A stretch of DNA of 41,765 nucleotides from an uncultured delta proteobacterium. GTDB lineage: Bacteria; Myxococcota; Myxococcia; Myxococcales; Myxococcaceae. The stretch lies in the NCBI GenBank assembly GCA_963771175.1, contig CAVYSY010000019.1, forward strand, positions 1 to 41,765, written 5' to 3'. The notes beneath the pieces are model-generated. The model was not told the DNA's origin. It saw nothing but the letters and a program-made list of their open reading frames with translations, and searched no databases. Below are positions 9,465 to 20,026 of this stretch, one piece after another; the stretch's first letter is position 1, and each line of letters begins with the position of its first letter. A program made the translations under genes and the position numbers.

Positions 9465-10544
9465 ATGCTCATTCGCTCTACTTCCACCCTTCTGGCCGCG
9501 CTCCTGGCGGCCTCCCTCTTCTCCGGCTGCAACAAGGAGAAGGCTCCGGCGACCGCCCCCACCCCGACGACTACCTCGGCGGAGCCCTCGCCCGACACGG
9601 TCGTGGCCACCTTTGGTGATGGCCAGAAGATCACCTTCGGTGAGCTCAACGAGCGCATCAAGGAGCCGCTGGCCAACCTGGAGAAGCAGAAGTTCCAGCT
9701 TCGCAAGCAGGGCCTCGATGGCTTCGTGGTGGAGAAGCTGGTGCAGGCCGAGGCCAAGAAGCGGAACATGACCGAGGAGCAGCTCGTCAAGGCCGAGGTC
9801 GACGACAAGATTCCGCAGCCGCCCGAGGAGGAGATCAAGAAGCTGTACGACGAGGCCAAGGAGCGGCTGCCCCCGGGCACCACCTATGAGCAGGTGAAGC
9901 CGCAGATCGTCGAATTCCTCTCCGGCTCCAAGAAGCAGGAGCGCGCGCGTGAGTTCTTCGCCGAGCTGAAGAAGAACAACAACGTGACGATCACCCTGCC
10001 CGAGCCGCCGAAGCCGCCGGTGGAGCGCAAGGAAGTGGCGGCCACCGGCCCGTCGAAGGGTCCCGAGGACGCGCCCATCACCATCGTGGAGTTCAGCGAC
10101 TTCCAGTGCCCGTTCTGCAGCCGCGCCATCGGCACGGTGGAAGAGGTGCTGAAGGCGTACCCCAACCAGGTGCGCCTGGTGTTCCGCCAGTTCCCGCTGG
10201 ACTTCCACCAGCAGGCGCCCAAGGCCTCCGAGGCCGCGCTGTGCGCTCATGACCAGGGCAAGTTCTGGGAGATGCACGACAAGCTCTTCGCCAACCAGAA
10301 GGCGCTCGAGGTGCAGGCGCTCAAGGGCTACGCGAAGGAGCTGGGCCTGGACACCGCGAAGTTCGACAAGTGCCTGGACTCCGGCGAGAAGGACGCGATC
10401 GTGAAGGCGGACCTGGAGGCCGGTAAGAAGGTGGGCGTCAACGGCACGCCGGCCTTCTTCATCAACGGCATCCTCCTGTCGGGCGCCCAGCCCTTCGAGG
10501 AGTTCAAGAGCGTCATCGACGCCGAGCTGCAGGGCAAGAAGTAA
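9465..10544 (+). CDS. DsbA/thioredoxin-fold lipoprotein with SurA-like N-terminal helical region
   Basis: Lipobox FSGC; EFSDFQCPFC active site; GVNGTPAFFING cis-Pro motif. Confidence 0.9.
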   Translation: MLIRSTSTLLAALLAASLFSGCNKEKAPATAPTPTTTSAEPSPDTVVATFGDGQKITFGELNERIKEPLANLEKQKFQLRKQGLDGFVVEKLVQAEAKKRNMTEEQLVKAEVDDKIPQPPEEEIKKLYDEAKERLPPGTTYEQVKPQIVEFLSGSKKQERAREFFAELKKNNNVTITLPEPPKPPVERKEVAATGPSKGPEDAPITIVEFSDFQCPFCSRAIGTVEEVLKAYPNQVRLVFRQFPLDFHQQAPKASEAALCAHDQGKFWEMHDKLFANQKALEVQALKGYAKELGLDTAKFDKCLDSGEKDAIVKADLEAGKKVGVNGTPAFFINGILLSGAQPFEEFKSVIDAELQGKK

Positions 10545-10556
10545 GGACTCCCGCGC

Positions 10557-11805
10557 GTGGCGACACGGCCCAAGGCCACGCCTCGCCGGGGCTGAGCGGT
10601 GAGCCGACCGCGCTCGAGTTGGAGCGCCCGCTCGCCGCCAGTCTCTCTCCCGGCCGTCCCCTCGCGGCGCACTTCCACGCTCCCGAGGGGATGGTGCTGT
10701 TGCGGGAGCCCGCCGCCCTCACCGGCTTCTTCGCCGGCAGCCTGGGCTCGCTGTCCATGGAGGAGGTGTTCGACCACGTCCTCTCGGGCATCCGCAGCGG
10801 TCAGCTCGTCGTCCAGCACGGCGAAGTGCAGCGCTCCGTTACCTTCCGCGACGGGCAGCCCGTCTTCGCCGTCTCCAGCGTGCGCCATGAGCGGCTCGGC
10901 GCCGTGGTGGTGCAGCTCGGCCTCATCACCCCCGAGCAGCTCCACCGCGCGCTCGCCAAGGTGACGCCCACCCAGCGCATCGGCGCGGTGCTCACCCGCG
11001 AGGGTTTCCTCTCCGAGGCCAACCTCTACAGCGCCATGACGTACCTGGTGCGCGAGGTGGTGCTCAATCTCTTCGAGATGACGGAGGGCAGCTTCCTCTT
11101 CCTCGAGGGGCGCCCGGCTGATGCCGACTCGGTGAAGCTCCAGGAGCGCATCAAGGATCTCGTCCTTCAGGGGATGAAGCGCGGCGAGGTGGTGTCGCGG
11201 TTGCGCCGGCGCTTCCCGGATGACACGCCCGTGGTGGCCGGCCCCGAGGCCCCGCCCCCCGGCGAGGAGGCCCTCTTCGCCCGGGCCGCCACCGACACCA
11301 CCGTGGGCGCGCTGCGCTCCGCCTGCGAGGGCAGCCTCTTCGCCTTCCTCACCTGGGTGGAGGAGCGCTCGCGCGATGGCTGCTCCTGCTCCACCCGAAG
11401 TCCAACGCGCCCCGGCGGCCCTCCGGCTCCTTCGTGGTGCCTCCGCCGCCCGTGGCGCCCCTCAGCCCCGAGGAGCGCTTCAACGTGCTGCTCGCGCAGA
11501 TCCACACCGCGCTGCGCCTCGCGGGCGCCAACCCGGACCTGATGCGCGGCTTCCTCGAGTCGCCCCAGCCCGGCCTGGAGACGGCCTACGAGGGGGTGGA
11601 GCTCGGCCCGGACGGCCGGGTGGACGTGGAGCGCATCCGCCGCAACGTCTCCAGCGGAGGCGAGGCGCTGGCGCGCGCCATGACGCTCGAGGCGCTCGAC
11701 GCCTTCGTCTCCTACGCGCTCTTCTCCGCGCGCAACGTGCTGCCGGGCGAGATGTCCGAGCGGCTCTCCCGCAGCTATCGAGACCTTCAGGAGGGACTCT
11801 CGTGA
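10557..11805 (+). pseudogene. DUF4388-domain protein, frameshifted (~11380, probably also ~10586)
   Basis: GSLGSLSMEEVF...RSGQL...FRDGQPVFA...ERLG...EGSFLF matches the DUF4388/PATAN pattern. The C-terminal part continues in ORF 11434..11805. Likely start is GTG 10557 (VATRPKATPR). Confidence 0.7.
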
Positions 11806-12527
11806 CGGACATCTCCCAGGCGCGGGCCCGGCTCGCGCTCGCCGCCGATCTGCCGCTCGACGAGGGCCTGCGCCTCTACCAGCAGGTGGCTCCCCACGTG
11901 GGCTACGCCAAGGTGGGCCTCTCCCTCTTCGTCGAGCACGGTCCGGCCGCCGTGGTCGCCTTCCAGGAGCTGGGCGCCCGGGTGTTCCTCGACCTGAAGC
12001 TGCACGACATCCCCAACACCGTGGAGCTGGCGGCCGCGCGCGCTGGGGCGCTCGGCGTGTCCCTGCTCACCGTGCACGCCGCCGGCGGTGAGGCCATGCT
12101 GAAGGCCGCCGTGAAGGGCGTGCGCGAGGGGGCTCTCTCGAAGGGCCACGCGGCCCCCAAGGTGCTCGCGGTGACGGTGCTTACCTCCATGTCCGCCGAG
12201 GACGTGGCCTCGGTGGGCCTCTCCGGCGCTCCGGAGGAGGCGGCGCTGCGGCTGGCGCGGCTGGCCGTGCGCGCCGGTGTGGACGGGCTGGTGTGCTCGC
12301 CCCGTGAGGCCGAGGCCTTCCGCCGCGAGCTCGGGCCCGCTCCCTTCCTCTGCACTCCAGGCATCCGCCCCGCGGGCGCCGCCAAGGGGGATCAGAGCCG
12401 CGCCGAGACGCCGGCCTTCGCGGTGCGGGCGGGGGCGGATCTGCTCGTGGTGGGTCGGCCCATCCACACCGCCGCGGATCCGTTGGCCGCCGCGCGCTCC
12501 ATCGCCGACGAAGTTTCCGCCGCCTGA
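11802..12527 (+). CDS. pyrF: Orotidine-5'-phosphate decarboxylase
   Basis: [38 protein letters not shown]. The GTG overlaps the upstream TGA. Confidence 0.97.
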   Translation: MTDISQARARLALAADLPLDEGLRLYQQVAPHVGYAKVGLSLFVEHGPAAVVAFQELGARVFLDLKLHDIPNTVELAAARAGALGVSLLTVHAAGGEAMLKAAVKGVREGALSKGHAAPKVLAVTVLTSMSAEDVASVGLSGAPEEAALRLARLAVRAGVDGLVCSPREAEAFRRELGPAPFLCTPGIRPAGAAKGDQSRAETPAFAVRAGADLLVVGRPIHTAADPLAAARSIADEVSAA

Positions 12528-12622
12528 CAGTCGCCCCCCGCTCGCACTCGGGGACCCCTGGCCGCTCGTCTCCCCCGTCCCCAGGTTGCGCCCACAAGGC
12601 CTTCTGGTCGGGGGAGAACACA

Positions 12623-13231
12623 ATGGACGCAAGGCGGTTGTTGGGGTGGGGCTTGCTCGTGCTGTGCACCGCCGCGTGCAGCGCGTCGAAGCAGGCGGTG
12701 AGGGACTCGTCCCCCGAGGGCACGGGTGGCTCCGGTCTCGAGGCGCGGGAGCAGCCCCTGGCGTCCGGTGAGTCCGGTCCCCGACGCTACGTGGATCAGG
12801 CCCTCGGCTTCGAGCTCACCCAGCCCGGCGGTGAATGGATGCTGGACGAGTCGGGCGAGCAGACCCCCGAGGGGCTCGCCATCCCCGTCGTCCTCCGTCA
12901 CCGCACCACCGGGGCCCAGGTGGTGATGCAGGTGGCTCCGGCGGTGGCCTCGCCCGCCCAGTTCGCCGAGCGCCTCACCGTTGGCCTGCGCAGCCAGCCC
13001 GGCTTCGTCACCAGCGAGCCCGAGCCGCTGTCGATGTCCGACAGCGCGGTGGGCTTCCACTTCGCCGTGGGCGACAGCGTGCGCGGCCGGGTGATGGTGC
13101 GCGATGGCAGCCCCGGCCGCGTCTTCATGATGCTCGCCACCTGGCCGGCCTCCGCGCCGGACGAGGTGCCGGAGACGGTGAACGCCCTCTTCGAGAGCGT
13201 TCACCCGCTGGTCATACCCGAGCAGACCTGA
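12623..13231 (+). CDS. Hypothetical lipoprotein
   Basis: GGGGAG RBS; signal peptide with lipobox TAAC; coding-like GC3 bias. Confidence 0.75.
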   Translation: MDARRLLGWGLLVLCTAACSASKQAVRDSSPEGTGGSGLEAREQPLASGESGPRRYVDQALGFELTQPGGEWMLDESGEQTPEGLAIPVVLRHRTTGAQVVMQVAPAVASPAQFAERLTVGLRSQPGFVTSEPEPLSMSDSAVGFHFAVGDSVRGRVMVRDGSPGRVFMMLATWPASAPDEVPETVNALFESVHPLVIPEQT

Positions 13232-13236
13232 GGGCG

Positions 13237-14818
13237 CTAACCCTTCGACCGGCCGCCACGCGACGGCTTGGGGGAGGGCGTCTCGGTGGCCCCGGCACCC
13301 TCGAGCTGGGTGGCGCGGCGCTGCACGTACTCCACCAGCGTGCGCACGCCCACGCCCGTGCCGCCCTTGCCCAGGTAGCCGCGCTCCTTGGGGCTCTGGA
13401 CGGGCCGGCGATGTCCAGGTGGACCCACGGCGTCTCGCCGACGAACTCCTTGAGGAAGAGGGCGGCGTTGATGGCTCCGCCCCAGCGCTCGCCGGAGTTC
13501 TTCATGTCCGCCACTTCCGAGCGCAGCGCGTCCTTCTGCAGGTCGCTCACGGGCAGGCGCCACATCTCCTCGCCCGCCATGCGCGCTGCCTCCAGCACCT
13601 CGTTCACCGACGCGTCGTGGTCACCGAAGGCGCCCACGATGTAGTGGCCCAGGGCGACGATGCACGCGCCGGTGAGCGTGGCCAGGTCGATGACCACCGC
13701 GGGCTTGTGCTCGCACGCCCAGGTGAGCACGTCCCCGAGCACCAGGCGCCCCTCGGCGTCCGTGTTGGTGATCTCCACCGTCTTGCCCGAGCGCGAGGTG
13801 AGGATGTCGCCCGGCCGGTACGCGGTGCCCGAGGGCATGTTCTCGCAGGCGCCGATGAAGGCGTGCACCGGGAAGGGCGGCTTGAGCGAGGCAATCACCT
13901 GCATGGCGCCCAGCACCGCGGCCGAGCCGGCCATGTCCGTCTTCATGTCCACCATGCCGTCGGTGGGCTTGAGCGACAGGCCGCCCGAGTCGAAGGTGAT
14001 GGCCTTGCCCACCAGCGCCACCGGGGGCTGCTTCGCGTGCCGGGCGTTCTTCGGCGTGTACTCGACGTGGATGAGCTTGGGCTCCTTCGCGCTGCCCTGC
14101 GCCACCCCGAGGAACATCCCCATCTTCAGCCGCTCGATCTCCTTGCGGCCCACCACGGTGGCCTTGAGCCGGCCTCGCGCGCCATCTCCTGCGCGGCCCT
14201 GGCGAGCCGCTCGGGGTTGACGACGTTGGGGGGCTCGTTGACCAGGTCGCGCGCCCAGTTGGTGGCGTCGGCCACCCGCTGCCCGAGCGCCACCGCCTGC
14301 TCGTGTTCCTTCGTCTTCTCCACGCCGGCGGGGAGGGCCAGCCGCACCGTGGTCAGCTTCGGCGCGTTCTTCTCCTCCTTGGCCGAGGACTTGTAGCGCT
14401 CGAAGCGGTAGGCGCCCAGCACCAGGCCCTCCACCACGGCGCGCAGGGCGGCGAGCACGTCCGGCGTCTCGGGCACGGCGAACACCACCGTGCGCACCTT
14501 GAGGCGCTGGGCCGTCTTCGCGGCGCGGCCCGCGGTCAGGCGCAGGGCTTCAGGGGTGTAGCGGCCCCGCGAGCCCAGGCCGAGCAGCACCAGGCGCTCC
14601 GTCTCGAGCCGTCCCAGCGTGTGCATCACGAAGGACTGCTCGCCCTTGCCCTTGAAGCCCTCCTGGGTGGCGGCGGGGAGCAGCTTGCCGTCCAGGGCCG
14701 AGTTGGCTCCGGCCAGCGGCGCGGGCGGCTTGTCCCCGACCTCGCCTTCGAAGAGGGGGATGACGAGCAGCTCACCGTTCGCGCGTGCGGCCTCACCGGA
14801 GATGAAGCTGAAGTTCAT
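13237..14818 (-). pseudogene. pepA: Leucyl aminopeptidase (M17), two single-base frameshifts (~14168, ~13399)
   Basis: VGKAITFDSGG, MKTDMAG, NTDAEGRL, DLATLTGA, WVHLDIAG and GTGVGVRTL are spread over three frames that join by restoring one base at each break. Confidence 0.9.
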
Positions 14819-14936
14819 GGGGGAAACGGACTCCTGGCTGTAGGGGCCGAGCAATGTAGCGCCAGGAATGTTTCAGGCAAGAACGGTCGAGCATTCCCGC
14901 GTTGCAATGGCACGTGGGGGTGACTACGTCCGGGAC

Positions 14937-15830
14937 ATGCCTTCGTTGCTGCTACACCTCACGGCCATCGAGCGACTGGCCGCCAATCCCGGAGAGCTGC
15001 CCGAGGACTTCGTGCGCGCGCTGTCCGAGGACCTGGCCTACGCGCGCTTCGGTGCGGCGCTGCCGGATCTCCCCCTGTGCGAGGGCTTGCGCGGCGGGCT
15101 CAACGCGTGCTTCGCCGGGAAGGATTGGCCCCTCTTCGCGCGGCTGTACCATGAGAAGGCGCCGGTGGGCATGGGCCTCAAGATGGCCGAGCTGGTGGCC
15201 GCCGGCGCGCTGGTGGGCACCGAGGCCGGGCTCGCGCTGCTGGCGGGCTACTTCACCCACCTCTCGCTGGATCGCACGCTCCATCCTCACGTGGACAGGC
15301 TCGTCATCCGCCACCGGCGCCAGGGCGAGCACGCGCTCGTCGCGCACCGGAAGATCGAGTGGACGCAGACGCTCTTCTACCTGCGCGAGCTGCACGGGGT
15401 GGAGCTGCTGGGCAACCCCCGGCTGCGCTCGAAGTTCGAGGTCACCAAGAGCGCGGGCTTCCCGGTGAAGGGCATCGGCCGGGGCATCTACGAGCTGGTG
15501 CGGCTGGCCTCGCAAGAGACGGTGCAGCAGGCGCCCACCAAGCAACAGGTGGACGGGTGGGCGCGAGGTCTGTACCTGGGCGGGCTGTACCTCTCCAGCC
15601 CGGTGGGGCGGATGCGAGGGCTGCCCGCCTACTCACAGCTCAGCTTCCAGGAGCTCTACCGCAACGACACCTTCGACTTCGCCTCCGAGGTGGAGCATGC
15701 GGTGGAGCAGACTCGCGGGGTGTTGCGGCGTCTGCTGGCGTACATGGCGCGGGGCATCTTCACCCCGCGGGCCCGGGCGCGTTTCCTCGAGGAGTTCCCC
15801 GAGGGCACCATCGGTGCGTGCGCCGCGTAG
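14937..15830 (+). CDS. Zinc-dependent phospholipase C-like family protein
   Basis: N-terminal MP...H, GAALPDL, GYFTHLSLDRTLHP and H..IE metal-ligand pattern. Confidence 0.7.
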   Translation: MPSLLLHLTAIERLAANPGELPEDFVRALSEDLAYARFGAALPDLPLCEGLRGGLNACFAGKDWPLFARLYHEKAPVGMGLKMAELVAAGALVGTEAGLALLAGYFTHLSLDRTLHPHVDRLVIRHRRQGEHALVAHRKIEWTQTLFYLRELHGVELLGNPRLRSKFEVTKSAGFPVKGIGRGIYELVRLASQETVQQAPTKQQVDGWARGLYLGGLYLSSPVGRMRGLPAYSQLSFQELYRNDTFDFASEVEHAVEQTRGVLRRLLAYMARGIFTPRARARFLEEFPEGTIGACAA

Positions 15831-15951
15831 GCGCGTGTCGGGTGGTGGAAAGAGGCATGCGCGGAGAGGGGCGGCCGACCGGGCGAGCCAGAATCCTCCC
15901 GGGGAATGCCGCTATCCGATCGGAAAGGCGACCCCTATCCTCTTCGTGGGT

Positions 15952-16728
15952 ATGACGCTACTCCTCCTCATTTCAGCGGGTGTCCTCGCGGGCGCGACCG
16001 GGGCGCTGCTGGGTGTAGGAGGAGGGGTCATCCTCGTTCCGGCGTTGGTGCTGGGCTTCAAGGTGCCGCTGGAGGATGCCGTCCCCGCGAGCCTCATGTG
16101 CGTGGTGGCCAGCTCCTGCGGAGCGGCGGCCAGCTACGTGGAGCGTCGGCTCAGTGACATCCGCCTCGGCCTGACGCTGGAGCTGGCCACGGTGCTGGGC
16201 GCCATCGTCGGCGGGCTGGTGGCGGGCCTGGTGGCTCCGGCATGGGTGGCGATGGTGTTCGGCCTCTTCACCCTCTATGTGTCGGCGCAGATGCTGCTGG
16301 TGCGCGCGCCGCCGGAGCAGGCGGTGGCGGACTACGTGCCCCACAACTACCCGCTGGGCATCTCCGGCTCCTTCGTGGCCGGGAGCCTGTCGGCGTTGCT
16401 CGGCGTGGGAGGCGGTCCACTCAAGGTGCCCCTGATGAGCTACGGCATGGGGGTGCCCTTCAAGGTGGCCAGCGCCACCAGCAACCTCATGATCGGCGTG
16501 ACGGGGGCGGCGAGCGTGGCCGCCTACGCCTGGCGCGGGCACGTGAAGCTCGCGCTGGTGGCGCCGCTGGTGGTGGGCGTGTTGGCGGGCACGTCCGTGG
16601 GCTGCCGGCTGATGCCGCGCGTGTCCACGGCGGTGCTGCGGCGGTTGTTCGCTCTGGTGCTGCTGCTGGTGGCGGTCCAGATGCTGTGGAAGGGCGGGGA
16701 GGGTCTATGGCCGAGTCTGCGGAAGTGA
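15952..16728 (+). CDS. Sulfite exporter TauE/SafE family membrane protein
   Basis: Two GVGGG repeats (GALLGVGGGVILVP, SALLGVGGGPLKVP), ASATS and multiple TM helices. Confidence 0.9.
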   Translation: MTLLLLISAGVLAGATGALLGVGGGVILVPALVLGFKVPLEDAVPASLMCVVASSCGAAASYVERRLSDIRLGLTLELATVLGAIVGGLVAGLVAPAWVAMVFGLFTLYVSAQMLLVRAPPEQAVADYVPHNYPLGISGSFVAGSLSALLGVGGGPLKVPLMSYGMGVPFKVASATSNLMIGVTGAASVAAYAWRGHVKLALVAPLVVGVLAGTSVGCRLMPRVSTAVLRRLFALVLLLVAVQMLWKGGEGLWPSLRK

Positions 16729-17168
16729 CGAGTGCGGCGGCTCCCGTCGTGGTGACGACCGGTGCGGCTCCCGTGGAGATGACGAATCCGGTCCAGGTGG
16801 AGGCGACCCATCCACCCCCCGACGTCGCCCCAGCGGCCTCCGAGGTGGCGAGCACCCCCGCGCACGTCAAGCGCGCGGAGGCGGGGGAGCAGTGGATCTC
16901 CCGACTCCTCCGGGTGGGCGCCACGTGCAGCGGAGGGCTCTTCCTCGCCTCCCTGGCGCTGGAGGCGCTGCCCGAGTCCGAGACCGTGCACGTGACCATC
17001 GACGTGCTGCGCAAGGGCGCGGCCTCGGCGCTGCTGGTGACGCCCGTGGTGCGGCTGGTGGTGGCCGGCACCACGTTGGGCATCCGCGGCGAGTGGAAGT
17101 ACGCGCTCTACGCGGCCGGCGTGCTGGGACTGCTCGCGCTGGCCGTGGGCGCGGGGCTCCACGCCTGA
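16707..17168 (+). CDS. DUF1634-like small membrane protein
   Basis: ISRLLRVG...LLVTPVVRLV pattern; the usual downstream partner of TauE; overlaps its end. Confidence 0.7.
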   Translation: MAESAEVTSAAAPVVVTTGAAPVEMTNPVQVEATHPPPDVAPAASEVASTPAHVKRAEAGEQWISRLLRVGATCSGGLFLASLALEALPESETVHVTIDVLRKGAASALLVTPVVRLVVAGTTLGIRGEWKYALYAAGVLGLLALAVGAGLHA

Positions 17169-17169
17169 C

Positions 17170-18039
17170 TCACACCCCGCGCGCGTCGAAGTGGGCGAGG
17201 ACCTTCCGGGCCTTCGCCACGTCGTCGTGACGGCCCTGCTCCTCGAAGAGGGGAATGACCGCCTCGAGCTCGCCGCGCGCCAGCTTCCAGTCCTGCGTGA
17301 AGGTGTACGCGATGCTCAGGTCCCACCGGGCCCGCGCCTCGTACGCGTGGTCGTGCAGCTCCTCGTAGAGGTCCGCCGCCGCCTGCAGGAGCGGACGCGC
17401 CGAGGCGTGGTTTCCCAGCAGGCCCTCGGCCTCGCCCAGCAGCAGCCGGCACAGCGCCAGTGGCTCGGGGTCTCCCTCCTGCTCCAGCAGCGGCATCGCC
17501 TCGGCGAAGCGCTTGCGCGCCGCCTCGTACTCGCCCGCCTCCATGCGGATGTCACCGATGTCCAGCAGCAGCTGGGCGATGCGCGGCCCGTTCTTCGCCT
17601 GCCGGTACAGCAGCAGCGCCTCCTGGTACTTCTCCTCGGCGGCCTTCGCCTGGCCCAGCGAGCGCAGCGACTCGCCGATGGCCGCGCGGCACAGCGCCTC
17701 GTTCTCCTGATCCTTCAGCTCGTTGAAGAGGAGCGTGGCCTTGGCGATGTGCTCGATGGCGCCCCGGTGATCCTCGAAGTTGGCGCGCGTCACCCCCAGG
17801 CCGAAGAGCACCTGCGCCTGGCCGTGCTTGTCTCCGGCCGTCTGGAAGCAGCCCAGCGCCTCCTCGTAGTGGCGGCGGCTCTCGGCGTGCTCCTCCAGCA
17901 TGCCGTGCAGCTCGGCGAGGTAGACCAGCCCGCGGCCGATCTCCCCCGGCTCGCCGGTGATGCGCGTCGTGGCGAGCGCGGTGCGCTGGTTCTTCAGGGC
18001 TTCGTGGATGTGGGCGCGTTCGGTGTCGGTCAGGCTCAT
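17170..18039 (-). CDS. Tetratricopeptide-repeat protein
   Basis: Repeated A...Y.EAL..F...G...A..L..LG helical units of ~40 aa. Confidence 0.85.
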   Translation of the reverse strand: MSLTDTERAHIHEALKNQRTALATTRITGEPGEIGRGLVYLAELHGMLEEHAESRRHYEEALGCFQTAGDKHGQAQVLFGLGVTRANFEDHRGAIEHIAKATLLFNELKDQENEALCRAAIGESLRSLGQAKAAEEKYQEALLLYRQAKNGPRIAQLLLDIGDIRMEAGEYEAARKRFAEAMPLLEQEGDPEPLALCRLLLGEAEGLLGNHASARPLLQAAADLYEELHDHAYEARARWDLSIAYTFTQDWKLARGELEAVIPLFEEQGRHDDVAKARKVLAHFDARGV

Positions 18040-18049
18040 GGTGTGCGAC

Positions 18050-19636
18050 TCAGTGCTCCTCGCCCTTGTTACGGCGACGGGCCGACTTGTCCAGCGATTC
18101 CATGCGGTGCTCGCCGTGGCCGTGGCCGTTGCGGTGCTCACCACCACGGCCGGCCTCGTGGACCAGGAGCGGGGAGAAGAAGCAGTCCTTCTTGGTGTAC
18201 TCGTCGAAGGAGAAGGCGAAGCGGTAGCTGGCCGCCGCGCGCTGGTTGCAGTCGGTGCGCTCGCAGAAGCGGCAGGAGATGCCGCTGGGCACCGCGTCCT
18301 TGCGCAGATCGTTGGTGGGCAGCCCGTACGCCAGGTACTTGGCGTTCTCCGCGTGCGTCCCCAGGCCGATGGAGTAGGCCGTGCCGCGCACGATGGAGCC
18401 CTCGATCGGCTGGAGCTGCACCTTGGCGAAGCAGAAGTACGAGGTGCCGTCCGGCATCATCGAGTACTGCCGGGTGAGCTGCGACGGGTTGAGGAAGGCC
18501 AGGTGCACGGCCCACTTGCCGCACGAGCCGCCACCGCTGGCGAACTTGATGCCGGTGCCGCTGTAGCGCTTGGAGATGTTGCCGGCGATGTCCGAGCGCA
18601 GGAAGTGGAAGGGCAGGCCCCGGCGCTTCGGGTCCGACAGGTTGCACAGCCGGTGCGCCACCGTCTCGTACGTGGTGCCGAAGATGTTGGAGAGCAGCTC
18701 CACGTCGTAGCGGGTGCGCTCCACCTCCTTGAAGAAGTCCCCGTAGGGCAGCATCAGCGCGCCGGCGAAGTAGTTGGCCAGGTTCACCTTGATGAGCCGC
18801 TGCGTCTCCGCGTGCCGCGTGCGCATCGCGCCGACGATCCGCTCCACCAGCTTCTCCCGGTCCAGCACCAGCAGGCCGATGGACGCGGCGATCTGGAACT
18901 TGAGCGGCTGCTCGGTGAGATCCGGCGAGAGGATGAGCTCCTGGGTCTCGGGCTCCAACCGGCGCACCACCGAGGAGCCGCTGGCCGCCGACTCGAAGCG
19001 CACCCGGTAGCCGAAGCGCTCCTCCAGCAGGGGCACGAGCTGCGGGCTGTTGAGCAGGCGCCCCAGCTTGAAGTCGCGCCGCAGCGCCTCGGCCTGCTCC
19101 TCCAGCTCGGGGAAGTAGTTGTGGTGGGACTGCAGGAAGTCGCTCACCTCGTCGAAGGGCGAGTAGTCGAAGCGCAGGCCCGGTCCCGCCGAGGAGCCCG
19201 GCACCGACTGCGTGCGCGCCCGCTCCTCCGCGTTGAGCTGCGCCAGCACGTTCTCCAGCTGCGTGCGCGTGTTCTTGTAGAGGTTGAAGAGCGCGGCCAC
19301 CGTGCCCGCCAGCTTCGGCTCGGCCGACAGGCTCTGCAGGGACTCGGGATCGATGTCGAGGCTCTTGAGGAGCGGCTCGTCCAGCAGCTTCGCCAGCGCC
19401 TCGTCCACCCGGCCCTCGCCGAGCGTGGACATGAACTGCTCGGGGTCCTGGTCGAAGTAGCGCAGCGCCTTCCACAGCAGCGGGAAGGGCATGACGCGTT
19501 TGCCCTTCTCGATGAGGTTCAGATACGCCGGGGAGACCCCCAGGTCCTTCGCCGCGTCCGTCTGCTTGATGTTCCGCGCGAGCCTCAGGCTGCGCAGCTT
19601 CAGGCCCACGTTCGCGTTGAGTGCGTTCTCGTTCAT
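18050..19636 (-). CDS. XRE-family regulator of the ScfR/RamB/PrpR type (HTH + IrrE-like + DUF2083)
   Basis: N-terminal HTH (LGVSPAYLNLIEKGKR), ANYFAGALMLPY, ETVAHRL, D.AGNISKR, and a C-terminal CRFCERTDCNQRA Cys cluster. Confidence 0.9.
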   Translation of the reverse strand: MNENALNANVGLKLRSLRLARNIKQTDAAKDLGVSPAYLNLIEKGKRVMPFPLLWKALRYFDQDPEQFMSTLGEGRVDEALAKLLDEPLLKSLDIDPESLQSLSAEPKLAGTVAALFNLYKNTRTQLENVLAQLNAEERARTQSVPGSSAGPGLRFDYSPFDEVSDFLQSHHNYFPELEEQAEALRRDFKLGRLLNSPQLVPLLEERFGYRVRFESAASGSSVVRRLEPETQELILSPDLTEQPLKFQIAASIGLLVLDREKLVERIVGAMRTRHAETQRLIKVNLANYFAGALMLPYGDFFKEVERTRYDVELLSNIFGTTYETVAHRLCNLSDPKRRGLPFHFLRSDIAGNISKRYSGTGIKFASGGGSCGKWAVHLAFLNPSQLTRQYSMMPDGTSYFCFAKVQLQPIEGSIVRGTAYSIGLGTHAENAKYLAYGLPTNDLRKDAVPSGISCRFCERTDCNQRAAASYRFAFSFDEYTKKDCFFSPLLVHEAGRGGEHRNGHGHGEHRMESLDKSARRRNKGEEH

Positions 19637-19809
19637 TCCTGCCTGTCCCGGGCGGGTGCTTGTGTTTCACAAGTACCCGCTGCCTCTGACACGCGCACTG
19701 TGCGGAGGCTTTTACCGATTTGCAACGAGCGTTTTCGGGCGGGTCCACCCCTGTCCGCAAAGGAACGGCGAGGGGCTCCAGACATTCTCCCGAGCTGTTT
19801 TTAAGTGCT

Positions 19810-19822
19810 TAACCTGTTGATT
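19810..19822 (-). promoter_or_regulatory. IHF-binding consensus site
   Basis: Minus-strand AATCAACAGGTTA matches WATCAANNNNTTR, within an AT-rich divergent intergenic region. Confidence 0.5.
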
Positions 19823-20026
19823 TTACTGGGTCTGGTAGGCTGCCCTGCGACCTGTTGGGCGAGGCATCCGGAGCGCTGTCAAAGGTTTACCCAAGCGCTT
19901 TCCGCATGCTCGCGGGTAAATGGAGGAGCCGGCGGGTAGGTCGGTGGCCGGGAGACCTCACGAGGCGCTCGCTGGCCACCGGGGAGGTGCGCGAGGCTGG
20001 ACGCGCCTCCCCCTCCCTCACCTGGA

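Noticed and set aside
14908..14925. Sigma54 promoter at TGGCACG upstream of the phospholipase C-like gene
   Set aside because: No TTGC/GC at the -12 position, and it is too close to the start codon.
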